DNA from: Mustelus asterias
Lineage: Eukaryota
NCBI RefSeq assembly: GCF_964213995.1
Contig: NC_135809.1
Coordinates: 48,856,001-48,920,000 of the forward strand
Direction of reading: 5' to 3'
Length of the DNA: 64,000 bases
A program made the translations under genes and the position numbers. Below, piece by piece: positions 51,243 through 63,166 of the stretch (position 1 is its first letter; each line of letters starts with the position of its first letter). The notes under the pieces were generated by a model that saw only the letters and a list, made by a program, of their open reading frames with translations, searched no databases and was not told the DNA's origin.

Positions 51243-52705
51243 CATAGAACATAGAACAGTACAGCACAGAACAGGCCCTTCAGCCCACAATGTTGTGCCG
51301 AGCTTTATCTGAAACCAAGATCAAGCTATCCCACTCCCTATCATCCTGGTGTGCTCCATGTGCCTATCCAATAACCGCTTAAATGTTCCTAAAGTGTCTG
51401 ACTCCACTATCACTGCAGGCAGTCCATTCCACACCCCAACCACTCTCTGCGTAAAGAACCTACCTCTGATATCCTTCCTGTATCTCCCACCACGAACCCT
51501 ATAGTTATGCCCCCTTGTAATAGCTCCATCCACCCGAGGAAATAGTCTTTGAACGTTCACTCTATCTATCCCCTTCATCATTTTATAAACCTCTATTAAG
51601 TCTCCCCTCAGCCTCCTCCGCTCCAGAGAGAACAGCCCTAGCTCCCTCAACCTTTCCTCATAAGACCTACCCTCCAAACCAGGCAGCATCCTGGTAAATC
51701 TCCTCTGCACTCTTTCCAGCGCTTCCACATCCTTCTTATCGTGAGGTGACCAGAACTGCACACAATATTCCAAATGTGGTCTCACCAAGGTCCTGTACAG
51801 TTGCAGCATAACCCCACGGCTCTTAAACTCCAACCCCCTGTTAATAAAAGCTAACACACTATAGGCCTTCTTCACAGCTCTATCCACTTGAGTGGCAACC
51901 TTTAGAGATCTGTGGATATGAACCCCAAGATCTCTCTGTTCCTCCACAGTCTTCAGAACCCTACCTTTGACCCTGTAATCCACATTTAAATTAGTCCTAC
52001 CAAAATGAATCACCTCACATTTATCAGGGTTAAACTCCATTTGCCATTGCAATAACAAAAGACACCGAATTGTGGTCACTATCTCCAAAGTGCTCTCCCA
52101 CAACCAAATCTAACACTTGGCCCGGTTCATTTCCCAGTACCAAACCCAATGTGGCCTCACCTCTTGTCGGCCTATCCACATATTGTGTCAGGAAACCCTC
52201 CTGCACACACTGCACAAAAACTGCCCCATCCGAACTATTTGACCTACAAAGGTTCCAATCAATATTTGGAAAGTTAAAGTCCCCCATGACAACTACCCTG
52301 TGACCCCCACACATATCCATAATCTGCTTAGCAATTTCTTCCTCCACATCTCTATTACTATTTGGGGGCCTATAGTAAACTCCTAACAACGTGACCGCTT
52401 CTTTCCTATTTCTAACCTCAGCCCATATTACCTCAGTGTGCAGATCCCCCTCGAAGTGCCTTTCCGCAGCCGTTAAACTATCCTTGATTAACAATGCCAC
52501 TCCTCCACCTCTTTTACCAGCTTCCCTACACTTACTGAAACATCTATACCCCGGAACGTCCAACAACCATTCCTGTCCTTGTTCTACCCACGTCTCCGTA
52601 ATGGCCACAACATCGTAGTCCCAAGTACCAATCCACGCCCCAAGTTCATCTACCTTGTTCCGGATGCTCCTTGCATTGAAATAGACACACTTCAACCCAC
52701 CTTCC
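51243..52705 (-). mobile_element. Young CR1 (HER1-like) LINE with internal ORF2 deletion
   Basis: APE endonuclease (YFNARSIRNK, VAITETW, VVMGDFNFP, SDHNSV) joined directly to the RT C-terminus (WQMEFNPDKCEV...YRTLVRPHLEYC); (TTCTATG)n tail. Confidence 0.92.
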
Positions 52706-52861
52706 TGTCATATTTGTCTTCTTACATGGGATTTATAGTAAAGAATTTAACATTGACAAATACTGTACTAGATCATACCTCAATCCATACATATACATTT
52801 TACAACACATAGAATCGTACATGGTACAGAACTCAAGACAAAAAAAATAACAAAAACACAC

Positions 52862-52906
52862 CTCATGAGGATTCTGGGCCACAGCAAGACCCACCAACCC
52901 AGTCGT
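52862..52906 (-). CDS. NDUFA5: NDUFA5 exon 2 (TTGLVGLAVAQNPHE)
   Basis: ttctgcag|ACG...GAG|gtgtgt. 45 nt. Hallmark TTGLVGL. Confidence 0.97.
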
Positions 52907-53099
52907 CTGCAGAAAAGAAAACAAATAAGATTAATAGAATCTGATTCCAGAGTCATATTGGACTCGAAACATTAACTATTTCTCTCTCCACAGATTCTGC
53001 GAGACAGTTTTTCCAACATTTGCAGAACTTTATTTTTATTTTAAAATGAATGCAATGTTTCCTCAAAGATATTTTGGCCTCCAAAACATTCCCCATATT

Positions 53100-53770
53100 T
53101 CGCTGTCACCTTCGTCCTACACGTTTCTCTCTCCCATATCCATCTCTCTCCCTCTCTTGCTTTTCTCAATATCTTTCTCTGTCATTCCCACCTCTCGCTC
53201 TGCGCCCTTTATATCTCTTTCCCTTGTTTATTTCCCCTGACTTGTTGCTCCCCTTATATTGCGATCATTTCCCCTATATTTATCCCTTTTTCCCCTCAAT
53301 CTCCATGTTTTTCTTTGCTATATTGTTTTCAAGCTCTCATTCTTCTATATCATTATTCTTGCTTCACAAAAATATATTCTGCTGCTGTCGTTCCAAAATA
53401 TTTTTATTGCTCTATAATTTTCTCTGTCTATCCCCTATGTGTTTATTCCCCCAGATATTCATCACTCTGTCCATCTATCTCCTGCATATTTATTTCTATC
53501 CCAATTTTTCCCTTGTATATTTCTCTCCCCTTCTCTTTCCATTGTATATTTCTATTCCCCTCTCTCTTTCCTCTCCACATTCCCCCTTTATCTCTCTCCC
53601 CCTCTCCATATTTTCTTCTCTATCTATATTTCTTTATATGTATATATTTCAGTGTGTTTCTCTCCCTCTCTGTATTTCTCTCTCCCTTTGTGCCTTTTTC
53701 CCTATAAATATTTCTCTCTCTATCCTGCCCTCTCCCTATATCCATCTATAAATATTTCTCTCCTTGACCT
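53100..53770. repeat. CT-rich low-complexity tract in NDUFA5 intron 1
   Basis: Strong pyrimidine bias (TTTCTCTCTCCC/TATAT iterations). Confidence 0.85.
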
Positions 53771-53778
53771 CCACTCAC

Positions 53779-53799
53779 TTTCTTCAGGACGCCGGCCAT
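53779..53799 (-). CDS. NDUFA5: NDUFA5 exon 1 (MAGVLKK)
   Basis: gcagcaATGGCCGGCGTCCTGAAGAAA|gtgagt, within a CpG-rich region. Confidence 0.96.
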
Positions 53800-54010
53800 T
53801 GCTGCCGCGGTGCACTGTGGGATCGCCTCCAGGCCGGTGAATTGAACACCGAGTTACATCGCGAGATCCAGACTCAATCAGAGGAGCTGGGAGCGCTGGA
53901 GGAGGATCAGCGTCACCGCGCGCGGATCAGAGCTGGAGCAGCGGTGGGGGAGAGGAAGCGGCAAGTGGATCAGAGCCCGAGGCCCGCGGTGCTCAGCGCT
54001 CGCTAATCAG
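53790..54010 (-). promoter_or_regulatory. NDUFA5 CpG-rich promoter / 5'UTR
   Basis: High CpG density immediately upstream of the ATG in an otherwise CpG-depleted window. Confidence 0.75.
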
Positions 54011-54172
54011 CCGCACAGTCTGTCAGACATTGGCAGCAGGAGGAGGCCATTCAGCCCCTCGATCCTGCTCCGATATTCAATAACCGCATGGCGGAGCTGA
54101 TGGTGGCCTCAGCTCCACATTCTGCTGGAACGCTTCAAAAATCTATCTACCTCTGCTCAGTGTACCAGAGAC

Positions 54173-54560
54173 AGGGGGCGCGGCCCTGGGGAAGCGGGGG
54201 CGGGGTCTCGAAGATAGGGAGGCCTGGCAGAGGAGAGGCCCTGGGAGATAGAGGCGGGGCCTCGGAGAGAGGGGGCGGGCCCTGGGAGATAGGGGCGGGG
54301 CCTCGGAGGGAGGGGGCGGGCCCTAGGAGATAGGGGCGGGGCCTCGGAGGGAGGGGCGGGGCCCTAGGAGATAGGGGCGGGCCCTCAGCGGGGGCGGGGC
54401 CTTGGGAGATAGAGGCGGGCCTCGGAGGGAGGGGCGGGGCCCTGGGAGATAGAGGCGGGGCCTCGGAGAGAGAGTGGGGTCTGGGAAGATTGGCCCTGGG
54501 AGAAAGAGGGTGGGGCCCTGGGAGAAAGGGGGTGGGGCCCTGGGAGATGGGGGGTCCGGG
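54173..54560. repeat. G-rich tandem repeat (~39-40-bp unit) with repeated GC boxes GGGGCGGGGC
   Basis: Visible iterations of GGGAGATAGGGGCGGGGCCTCGGAGGGAGGGGCGGGGCCCT. Confidence 0.9.
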
Positions 54561-57500
54561 GTGTGGAGCCAAGGTCAGTGAGGGGGCAAGGTCCAGAGGG
54601 TAGGAGAGGGGTGGGCAAGGTGGGTGTTGAAGGTTTGGTGTGATGGACAATGTACAATGTCTGGTGGGGAGAACAATGGACTAAGACTGAACCTGTCTTT
54701 TGCCTCCAATGCCCCTGACATGTCAGTAACACTGTCTCTGATAGAGGTGCCCCTTAGTGATTGAACCACCCTAGTGCAAACCCTACCTACCTCAAACACA
54801 TCTGACCAGGGCCTCCAGTGAACCTACCTGGTTCTGGCTGAGCTTCCAGAAGAATGTGGCTGACCTTTCTACCCTCTCTTGTGGTTTGTGCAGGAACCTG
54901 CGTGAGCTTTTTATTGCTTCTGTGACACCTAAGACACCTAATTTCCCACGTTCCCCAGTGCTTCGTTAATACATTACTACTTTCACAGATGTCAAACATA
55001 AGCATTTTATAGCCTTCCTTTCCTTGCTCCAGCAGTGTTTTCCTAACCCAAATTAACGCACAGTATTTGTTCCTTAACAGCCTGATGTATTTTTTGTTAA
55101 AGACTCCCTGTACTTCCTTGCATTCTTGGTGTTTTGCAAATGTCTCAAAATGTGCACTGATACAGAGCTTGTGAATGAAGCAATGAATGAATCACAAAGT
55201 CTTGTGCATGCTGAGAATTTGTGGGCCTGCATGGAAAACACCAATGTACATTTGTGTGTTAATGTTAATTGATCTGCTCACTATTTTGACTTCTAATGTT
55301 AGAAACTTTGAAAGTCAATTGCAAGTTGTAAGATCATCTTTCTGTTCATATTAAAATATGCATTATCTTACAAAATAAACTAGTTGTGGCTACAAAGGTT
55401 AATCATCTGTAAGTTAAAAATATGCATTCATGTAGCAACTTTCACAGCCTCCAGATATCTCAGGGGTTTGCTAATTAATTTGTACTTTTGAATTTGAGAA
55501 TAACAAAATCCCACAAACGGAACTGAGATACATTGCGAGATTATCTATTTTGCTGACATTGGTATTGACAACAACACCAATTGACTTGTTCTTTTCCCTT
55601 CCCTTGGTTATTTAAAGATGATATTAAAGAACTTGGCACGTTCACTTCATTATATTGAATCAGAGATTAATTTATTTGAAAACGCAGAAAAGGTTAGCAG
55701 GTGCTAAAACACTTTCCCATTGCCATCAATTGATATAGATGCATTTACAAATAGGAACACCAAATCTGAAGAGCAGAAACATCACACAGCACATTCTCCA
55801 AAGGGAACTACATGCAGTTCATAAAGACTACATCTACTTTAAACAAAAGAGAAAATGTTGGAAAATCTCAGCAGGTCTGGCAGCATCTGTAAGGAGAGAA
55901 AAGAGCTGATGTTTCAAGAGCTGATGTTTCAAGACCAGATGACCCTTTGTCAAAGGGTGCCTATCACAACAGACAATGTTAATGAGCCTGACTTCCCTAA
56001 TTAGGCACAGTTTTGTTTTGCAAATACTTAAGTCTCATAAGGATAGTGATGCCTAGTGTTAGTATCCCAAAGGATGTTTGTTGTGGGATGGCATTTTGTT
56101 AATTGATTATTTGTTTATGTTAAGAATCTCTTAAATAAGGGCATTCATCCATTGTGTAAAGCCAAAACCAGTCTGAAGAACAAAATTTACACAAAATCTA
56201 TACATAAAATGACAATTAACTATCACAGTTTGCTAAGAATCAGAAGTGATGCAGAATTGCTTCCCTACTCTCACTACATATTGTCGGAATTGGAAGGCTT
56301 GTGAAAGTGCACAACAAGATCGTGACACAAAACGTTTGCACTTCAAAAGAGCAAAGTAAAGTGATAAAATGTGATTTTAAAAGTTAGCTAACACATAGTG
56401 GTCATGACAGCAGAAGGGTAGAAATTAAGACAATATTGGTGAGACTACAGTTGAAATTCATGCTGGCTAAGCTAAAACAAAATAAAATGGGGATCAGTCG
56501 TCATCACAGCGAAACTGCCATCATTCTCTCACCTGTGAAACTGACAGCAACTTCTGACATCAGCACAAATGGAATTAAGCACAGAACATAGAAGCTGTTG
56601 TCAGTGCTGCCTTGCTCCTCCGCAGGAAGTGCTGTTGAAGTCTCCATATACATTTTTAGAAGTAATTTAACTGACAAATACATCTCCTTATGTGTTGTAA
56701 TATTGCTATTTTTAAAATCCTGTAAAAGTTATGCCTTAATAATGAGAATTACCATGTCTCAACTATTACTAAGTGACCCCTGTGGCCCTGGAAAACTGAT
56801 TCTATATTTGTGGAATGATAAATTTCTCAATTATGATAATTCCATCTTTTTTAATGTAACTTTTAAAAGTTCCTTTATGGCATTTCAGTTACAAATATGT
56901 TCCAATCTTTATTTTGCTCTCTAATATTTATTTGAAAAAATGAAGGATAATCAGTATATTTTACTTCTTGGTTTGTTGTCTATGAGAATACTTCAATGTG
57001 ATTGGTTTCTTACACTGGTGGGCTCACTGTTTCTGGATGTCAGGAGAACCCATTGACTTGGCACCAGATTCAAATTAAGGTCAAGAAAGATGAAATCCAT
57101 GCCACAGATATCTTTGTGACTTGTCTCTTTGAGGCTACTGACAAATTTCTTTGCCATGGACTGCAAAATCTAGGATGATGTTTAGTAGGATTGTAAATAA
57201 TATTAAAGATAGACACAAATTTTGAAAATAAAATCGAGAAATCCAGTAGGCAGCAGTCTTGAGAGAAGATTGACTGAAGGTTTGCTGGAAATACCTTGAA
57301 TAAGATTAATATTTTTTTCAAATTGATGCACAGTAGCACAAGTGTTAGTCCTTTTGAAAATGACTGGGTTGCTGAAGTCTTGGAACAATAAACTAACAAA
57401 GTTATCAAATAATTACTTCATAATCCTCAACCCAGGAGGCGGAAAATGAAAAATCAGATTCCCAGGAAAGGCAGAATGGAAAAAGGAGAGCAGTAGCAAA

Positions 57501-58924
57501 TAACCTATTTTTGATGGACCAAGCTTCTGTGTCCATCAGGTGATGAAGGAGCAACACTCTGAAAGCTCATGATTCCAAATAAACCTGTTGGACTTTAACC
57601 TGATGTTGTGAGACTGCTTACTGAGTAAATAGAGACAGTGGAGGGATTGAGGTAGATAATAAAGAGATAGGGCCAGTTATTTTGAGAATACATTTGGTAT
57701 TGATCACAAATCCGTGGACGATATCAGCATGGGCAGTATTTGGACAAGGAAGAGGAGGGGGCAGAAATAGATAGTTGGGGGAGCTCCTAATGAAAAGGTT
57801 GCAAAGAGATGGAACTGTTTTGGGTACAATCTGATAGATAAACATGGAATCATGCAAGGGATAGCCCCACTAAGTTGGGTAACATAGGAGAGGCTGTGAA
57901 GGAGGATAGTTTGGTTTTTCATGTCAAAGGTTACAGAGAGGAGAGATAATGCCCATGATTACAATCACAGAGGCTGCAATTTTTGACTGAGTGCCTTTTC
58001 AGTAATGTGACAAAGGCAGAAAGCTCATTGGAGAGATTCATTTGTGGAGTTGAGGAAAAATGGGACATGGATTTGGGAGAGGCCAGCATGTTCAAGAATT
58101 TTGGAGAAATAATGGAAATTGGAGATGAGGGTAGTTTTCAAGAACCAAGGGAGTTAGACTGGAGTTTCTGAGGAACTGGTTATGATGGCATTTTTTAACA
58201 TGGGAGAGGGGGTGCAACACCTGAATTCAGGAAATAACTTACAATATTAGCTTCAAGAGAGGAAACAGGTAGTCAGCAGTTTAGTATAAATAGAGTCAAG
58301 GGAGCAGGGGAGTAAATCACAAGAGAGTGGGCAGAGGAGAAATGGAAACAAAATAGATTCAGAACTAGGGCAAGTGGCAGTCTAGAAGAAGGGTTTTGTG
58401 GGGAAGAAACAGAAGCAGAAAATTGGATGAATGGATGTGTTAAACTTAGTAACAAATTTATTCCATCAGCTCTTTGCACTTTTGGAAGGGTCTGGGACAG
58501 GGTTTATTACTTAAAACTCTGTCTGTCAAAAGCCTCCTCAATGTGTAACTCTTTAACCAACTTATCAGTCATGTTCCATAACTCGTGTTCAATCAATACT
58601 TATCCAGTTATTTTAATTTCTGTTTTGTGCTTTGGAGCATGTTAATATATTAGATGGATATCATTACTGTAAGAAAGGACATCATATAAAACTTTTTAAA
58701 GCGAACTTAAGTTTAAATTGAAGCAGACAGACAGAGGTTCAAAGAACGCTTGAAGAAATTAGGCACAGCTCTTGGGGCTAAAGGGATCAAGGGATATGGA
58801 GGGAAGCCGGGATCAGGAGATAAAATTTAATGATCAAATCATAAAGAAAATGAATAGTGGAGCTGGCTCAAAGGGCCGAATGGCCTTCTCCTGCTTCTAT
58901 ATTCTGTAGAATCACAAAGTCTTG

Positions 58925-59061
58925 AATCACAAACCCACTCACCTGATGAAGGAGCAGTGCTCCAAAAGCTTGTGATACCAAATAAACCTGTTGGACTTTA
59001 ACCCGGTGTTGTGAGACTGCTTATGTGCCCACCCCAGTCCAATGCCGGCATTTCCACATCA
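58925..59061 (+). mobile_element. Single Penelope-like arm with decayed hammerhead (GAAA>AAAA)
   Basis: TCAC-CTGATGA-A-GGAGC(AGT)GCTCC-AAAAGCT-T-GTGA...CCACATC. More decayed copies at 57536-57622 (+) and 43120-43203 (-). Confidence 0.72.
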
Positions 59062-59335
59062 TCTATATTCTATGTTTCTTGGGAGAGAAATTTGGTGAGA
59101 AAGTGAGCTAAGTTTATTCTTAACAAATACAGGCTTATGTAAGCCAAATGGTCTCTTGTTGCTAAAACGTTCTTATTCTAAATGGCCATTTATGATGTCA
59201 GACGACTCCTCAATTGAATTCTAGTTTCATAACTCAATACAGCCATCAATTTACTGATACATAAGTTGACCATTACTCTCTTATTTTATCCCTTGCCTGA
59301 TAGGTCTTAGTGCAGATTCTCCAATTCGCAAGATA

Positions 59336-59448
59336 ATGGATGCAAATACTGATTCAGTCAATGAGCAACTGACACAATATGCAATCCAGCTGAGTATTGA
59401 AGAGAGTATTGAAGCCAATAATAACTCAACATCTCAGTATCATGAAAG
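59336..59448 (+). CDS. ASB15: ASB15 first coding exon (MDANTDSVNEQLTQYAIQLSIEESIEA...HE)
   Basis: Acceptor cctgatag| at 59303; donor AAG|gtaatt. YxIQLSIxESIEA is typical of ASB15; synteny with NDUFA5 and IQUB agrees. Confidence 0.9.
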
Positions 59449-61077
59449 GTAATTGATGCAGAGCAGAATGTGACAAATGACTTCATTTCTCTCTCCAGGT
59501 ACCACGATCTAAGAAGATGTTAGTGACAATGAACTTCCATATATTGGTCCATGGTTATGCTTGGCAAAGTGCAGCAGTGGTCTGCCATTGCCTTCCACAT
59601 GTGGCTGGTCAGGATTCTCTCCTGCTGTTACCACCTGCCACAGGCATGCATTGGCAGGATTTACAAGTTGATATTCAATCTGTTTGGCCATAGTAACAAT
59701 GCATCTTCCTTAGCCATTAAGTCTTGGAGTTGGACAAATACCTAGAGCTTTTGACTCAGAGGCAGGGACACTGCCACAAGACTTCATTTCATTTATCTTA
59801 AAAATGTAAAGTAGCGAGTAAGGGTGAGTGATAGTTATCCAGGTTGGAGAAAGATAGAAAGCAGTGCTCCACAAGAGTAAATATTGGATCCACTATTATT
59901 CCTAATTTACATTAGTGATTCAGATTTAGCAATAAGCTGCTCAATATTAAAAATTGCAGATATTACCAAACTTGAGGGTGTGGCAAACACTGAGGAAGAA
60001 AGCAACATAATACAAAAATATATCAGAAAACTCGTAGATTGGGCTGGGCAGCTAACTGTCAAATGGAGCATTAATATAGGTAAATGGGAGCTGGTTATCT
60101 TTGGGGAAACCTAAATCAAATCTTGGAAAATAAAATAAGAGACTGAATGAGTAGAAGACCAAAGGGATCTCGGGATCCGGTGAAGCAATCGTTAAAAACA
60201 GGTCAGAAGATGCCAGTATAGAATTCAAAAGAAGTGAAGTTTTGTTAAACTTGTGTAGAATCACGGTCAAGTGGCATGTAAGAGTACTGTGCACAGTTCT
60301 GCTTTCCATACTATAAAAAAGGACGTAGAAGCATTGGAGAAAGCGTAAACAATTAAGAATGGGACCAGAACTGAGAGAATACAGTTTTTTGAAGGCTTGA
60401 ACAGATTAGTGGATTGTTCTTTGGAAAAGAGAAGAAGACTTAAACAAGAGATCCTAAAAATCATACATTGGGTGGACAGGATAGAAAGAGAGAGCGTTTT
60501 GGAGAGTTCAAGGCGAGAGACCATAAATATAGGATAGTTACTAATAATTCAACAGGGAAATAAGGAGGAATTATTTTACTCAGAAAGATTTGAATATGGA
60601 ACTGGCTACCACAGGTAGTGGGTGAGGCAAATTTCTTAAAAACCTTTTTGAAAGGAAAGCAGACATGTACATGAAAAGAGGGATTGAAAGATAAGCTGAA
60701 AGGCAAAAATGAGATGGATGGAATGGAAGGAGAATTGAATGGAGTTTTATTACCAGCAGAGACTAGTTGGGCTGAATGGCTTGCTTCTCTCTTGTAAATT
60801 CTATGGCCAGAATTCTCTGGCTGTTCACATCAGCAAGATTCTCTGGTCTTGCCGGTGGGACACCCCCAGCCATGGGTTTCCCGGCAGAGTGGGGTGGCTT
60901 CAATGGAAATTCCCATTGACAGTGGTGGGACCAGAAGATCCCGCTGCCAGTGAACGGCACGCCACCTCCCACTGCCAAGAGAAACGCTGAGGGGAAGCCA
61001 GAGAATCTTGCCCTCTGTAACCATTTTTATCAATCCAGAAACAGGACCTCACTCATCTTGTGCCATTTCATTTATAG

Positions 61078-61130
61078 GTTTTTGCCACCCAGCCAAGAAA
61101 ACAGACAAATAGTGGAATCAATCAGGCAAG
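61078..61130 (+). CDS. ASB15: ASB15 exon (RFLPPSQENRQIVESIRQ)
   Basis: tttatag|G...CAAG|gtacag. 53 nt, phase 2-1. Confidence 0.9.
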
Positions 61131-61296
61131 GTACAGTGTCTGGCCCACACACCATGCATATTTGTAGTATTGTAGTTCTCGATAATATGAACATATGAAT
61201 GAGGAGCAGGAGTAGGCCTTTTGAGCCTTTGAGCCTGCTGCACCATTCCATATGATCATGACTAACAGTAAAAGCTTTGTGATTAATTTTTTCTAG

Positions 61297-61428
61297 GAGA
61301 AATCTTCACTCTACAACAGTTGATAAAACATAAATTCGCTTTTGATGAAGCAGATGAGAAGGGATGGTTTCCATTGCATGAAGCTGCTGTCCAACCCATT
61401 CAACAAGTGCTTGAAATTGTACTGGACT
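61297..61428 (+). CDS. ASB15: ASB15 ankyrin exon ([44 protein letters not shown])
   Basis: ttttctag|GA...GACT|gtgagt. 132 nt. [14 protein letters not shown] ankyrin motif. Confidence 0.95.
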
Positions 61429-63007
61429 GTGAGTTAACATTAGAAACCAGACCATAATGTTTTAATAGAAAGACATTGATAAATGTCTTTCTATTAAAGT
61501 AAAATACAATTCTCATCACACTGCCCTCCCTCCCCCAGCCAATTTCTTGAATCTGATCCCATGGATTGTGATCATCCTTCAGTTTCTTCATCCAATTGGC
61601 CGTTATTGATGTGTGACCCTTGGCAGTGACAACAGGGTATCATGCTATAGAGACCATTGCAGCTTACCTAATCCCAAATGCAATGGATACCCATGCACCC
61701 TCACTTCAAACAAGGGATGCTAGTTATGATTGTGGAGTAGAATTTGCATCAGTTTTTCCAAGGGATGTTGAGGCCGATTACAATACTAACATTGAGTCCA
61801 AAACACATATAGAAACATAGAAACATAGAAACCTACAGCACAAAACAGGCCCTTCGGCCCCATAAGTTGTGCCGAACATATCCTTACCTTTTAGGCCTAC
61901 CTATAACCCTCCATCCTATTAAGCTCCATGTATTCATCCAGGAGTCTCTTAAAAGACCCTATTGAGTTTGCCTCCACCACCACTGACAGCAGCCGATTCC
62001 ACTTGCCCACCACCCTCTGTGTGAAAAACTTCCCCCTAACATTTCCCCTATACCTACACCCCAGCACCTTAAACCTATACAGCCTATTCAACTGATCTGC
62101 ATCAATGTCTAAGATCCCCACAAGCCTCCTTCCATCATAGAATTTCATAGAATTATAGAATGCCGACAGTGCAGAAAGAGGCCATTTGGCCCATCGGGCC
62201 TGCAGCGACAATCCCACCCAAGCCCTATCCCCGAAACCCTACGTATTTACCCTGCTAATCTCCCTGACACTAAGGGACAATTTAGCATGACCAATCAACC
62301 TAACCCGCACATCTTCAGGCTGTGGGGGGAAACCGGAGCACCCAGAGGAAGGCCACACAGACACAAGGAGATGCAAACTCTGCACAGACAGTTACCCAAG
62401 GCCCGAATTGAACCTGGGTCCCTGGCGCTGTGAGGCAGCAGTGGTGATCACTTGCCACCCTCCTTCTTCATCTACCCCAATCAGCATAACCTCCTATCCC
62501 TTTCTCCCTCGTGTGCTTATCTAGCTTCCCTTTAGCTTATGGTATTCACCTTAACTACTCAATAATAGATTAACAACTGCCCAGCTAGCAATAAAGTCAA
62601 CCAGCATGAGAAAGGATTGAGCTTGGGAATGCTGTTCATTACCTGGCTCACGGATCATATTCTACCTCTGAAAAAAAAACACAATTTTAATTTAAATGTG
62701 ACATTTTCCAATCAATTGGGATATCATTATTTGACACCTCTAATTGCACATATCTGTAACTGTCACCCCTATCAATTTGCTGTGAGTATCATAAATGCTG
62801 TGGTGTCGTTTTTACTGGTATTACATAGAGGTCAAAGTCATTGCTAAATCATGGTAGTTGAGTCTGTTCTGTGAATGTTCTTTATTGTACATTCGTTCCC
62901 ACTCAAGCTGATATGAGTCTATACTCATCAGTGGGAATTGTGGTTAGATGAAATGGCAGTTCAGTGTATAAATGTATCTATTTATGTTTCTAAATCGTTA
63001 ATTGTAG

Positions 63008-63166
63008 CATCGTATAAAACAATTTGGCAACAGAGGACCGAAGATGGGAATACCCCACTTACTTTGGCTGCTACTGCTGGAATATTAGGGAATGTGCAAG
63101 CTCTTTTGGAGAAGCGGATCTGTCCCAATGTCACTAACGACCGGGGAGAAACACCGCTACTGATTG
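63008..63166 (+). CDS. ASB15: ASB15 ankyrin exon (SSYKTIWQQRTEDGNTPLTLAA...GETPLLI); gene continues off the window
   Basis: attgtag|CA...TTG|gtaagt. 159 nt. Two GxTPL ankyrin motifs. Confidence 0.95.

Noticed and set aside
53050-53840. Hydrophobic 130-233 aa ORFs
   Set aside because: Artefacts of a CT-rich low-complexity tract inside NDUFA5 intron 1.
54147-54732. Proline-rich ORFs
   Set aside because: Translation of the G-rich tandem repeat.
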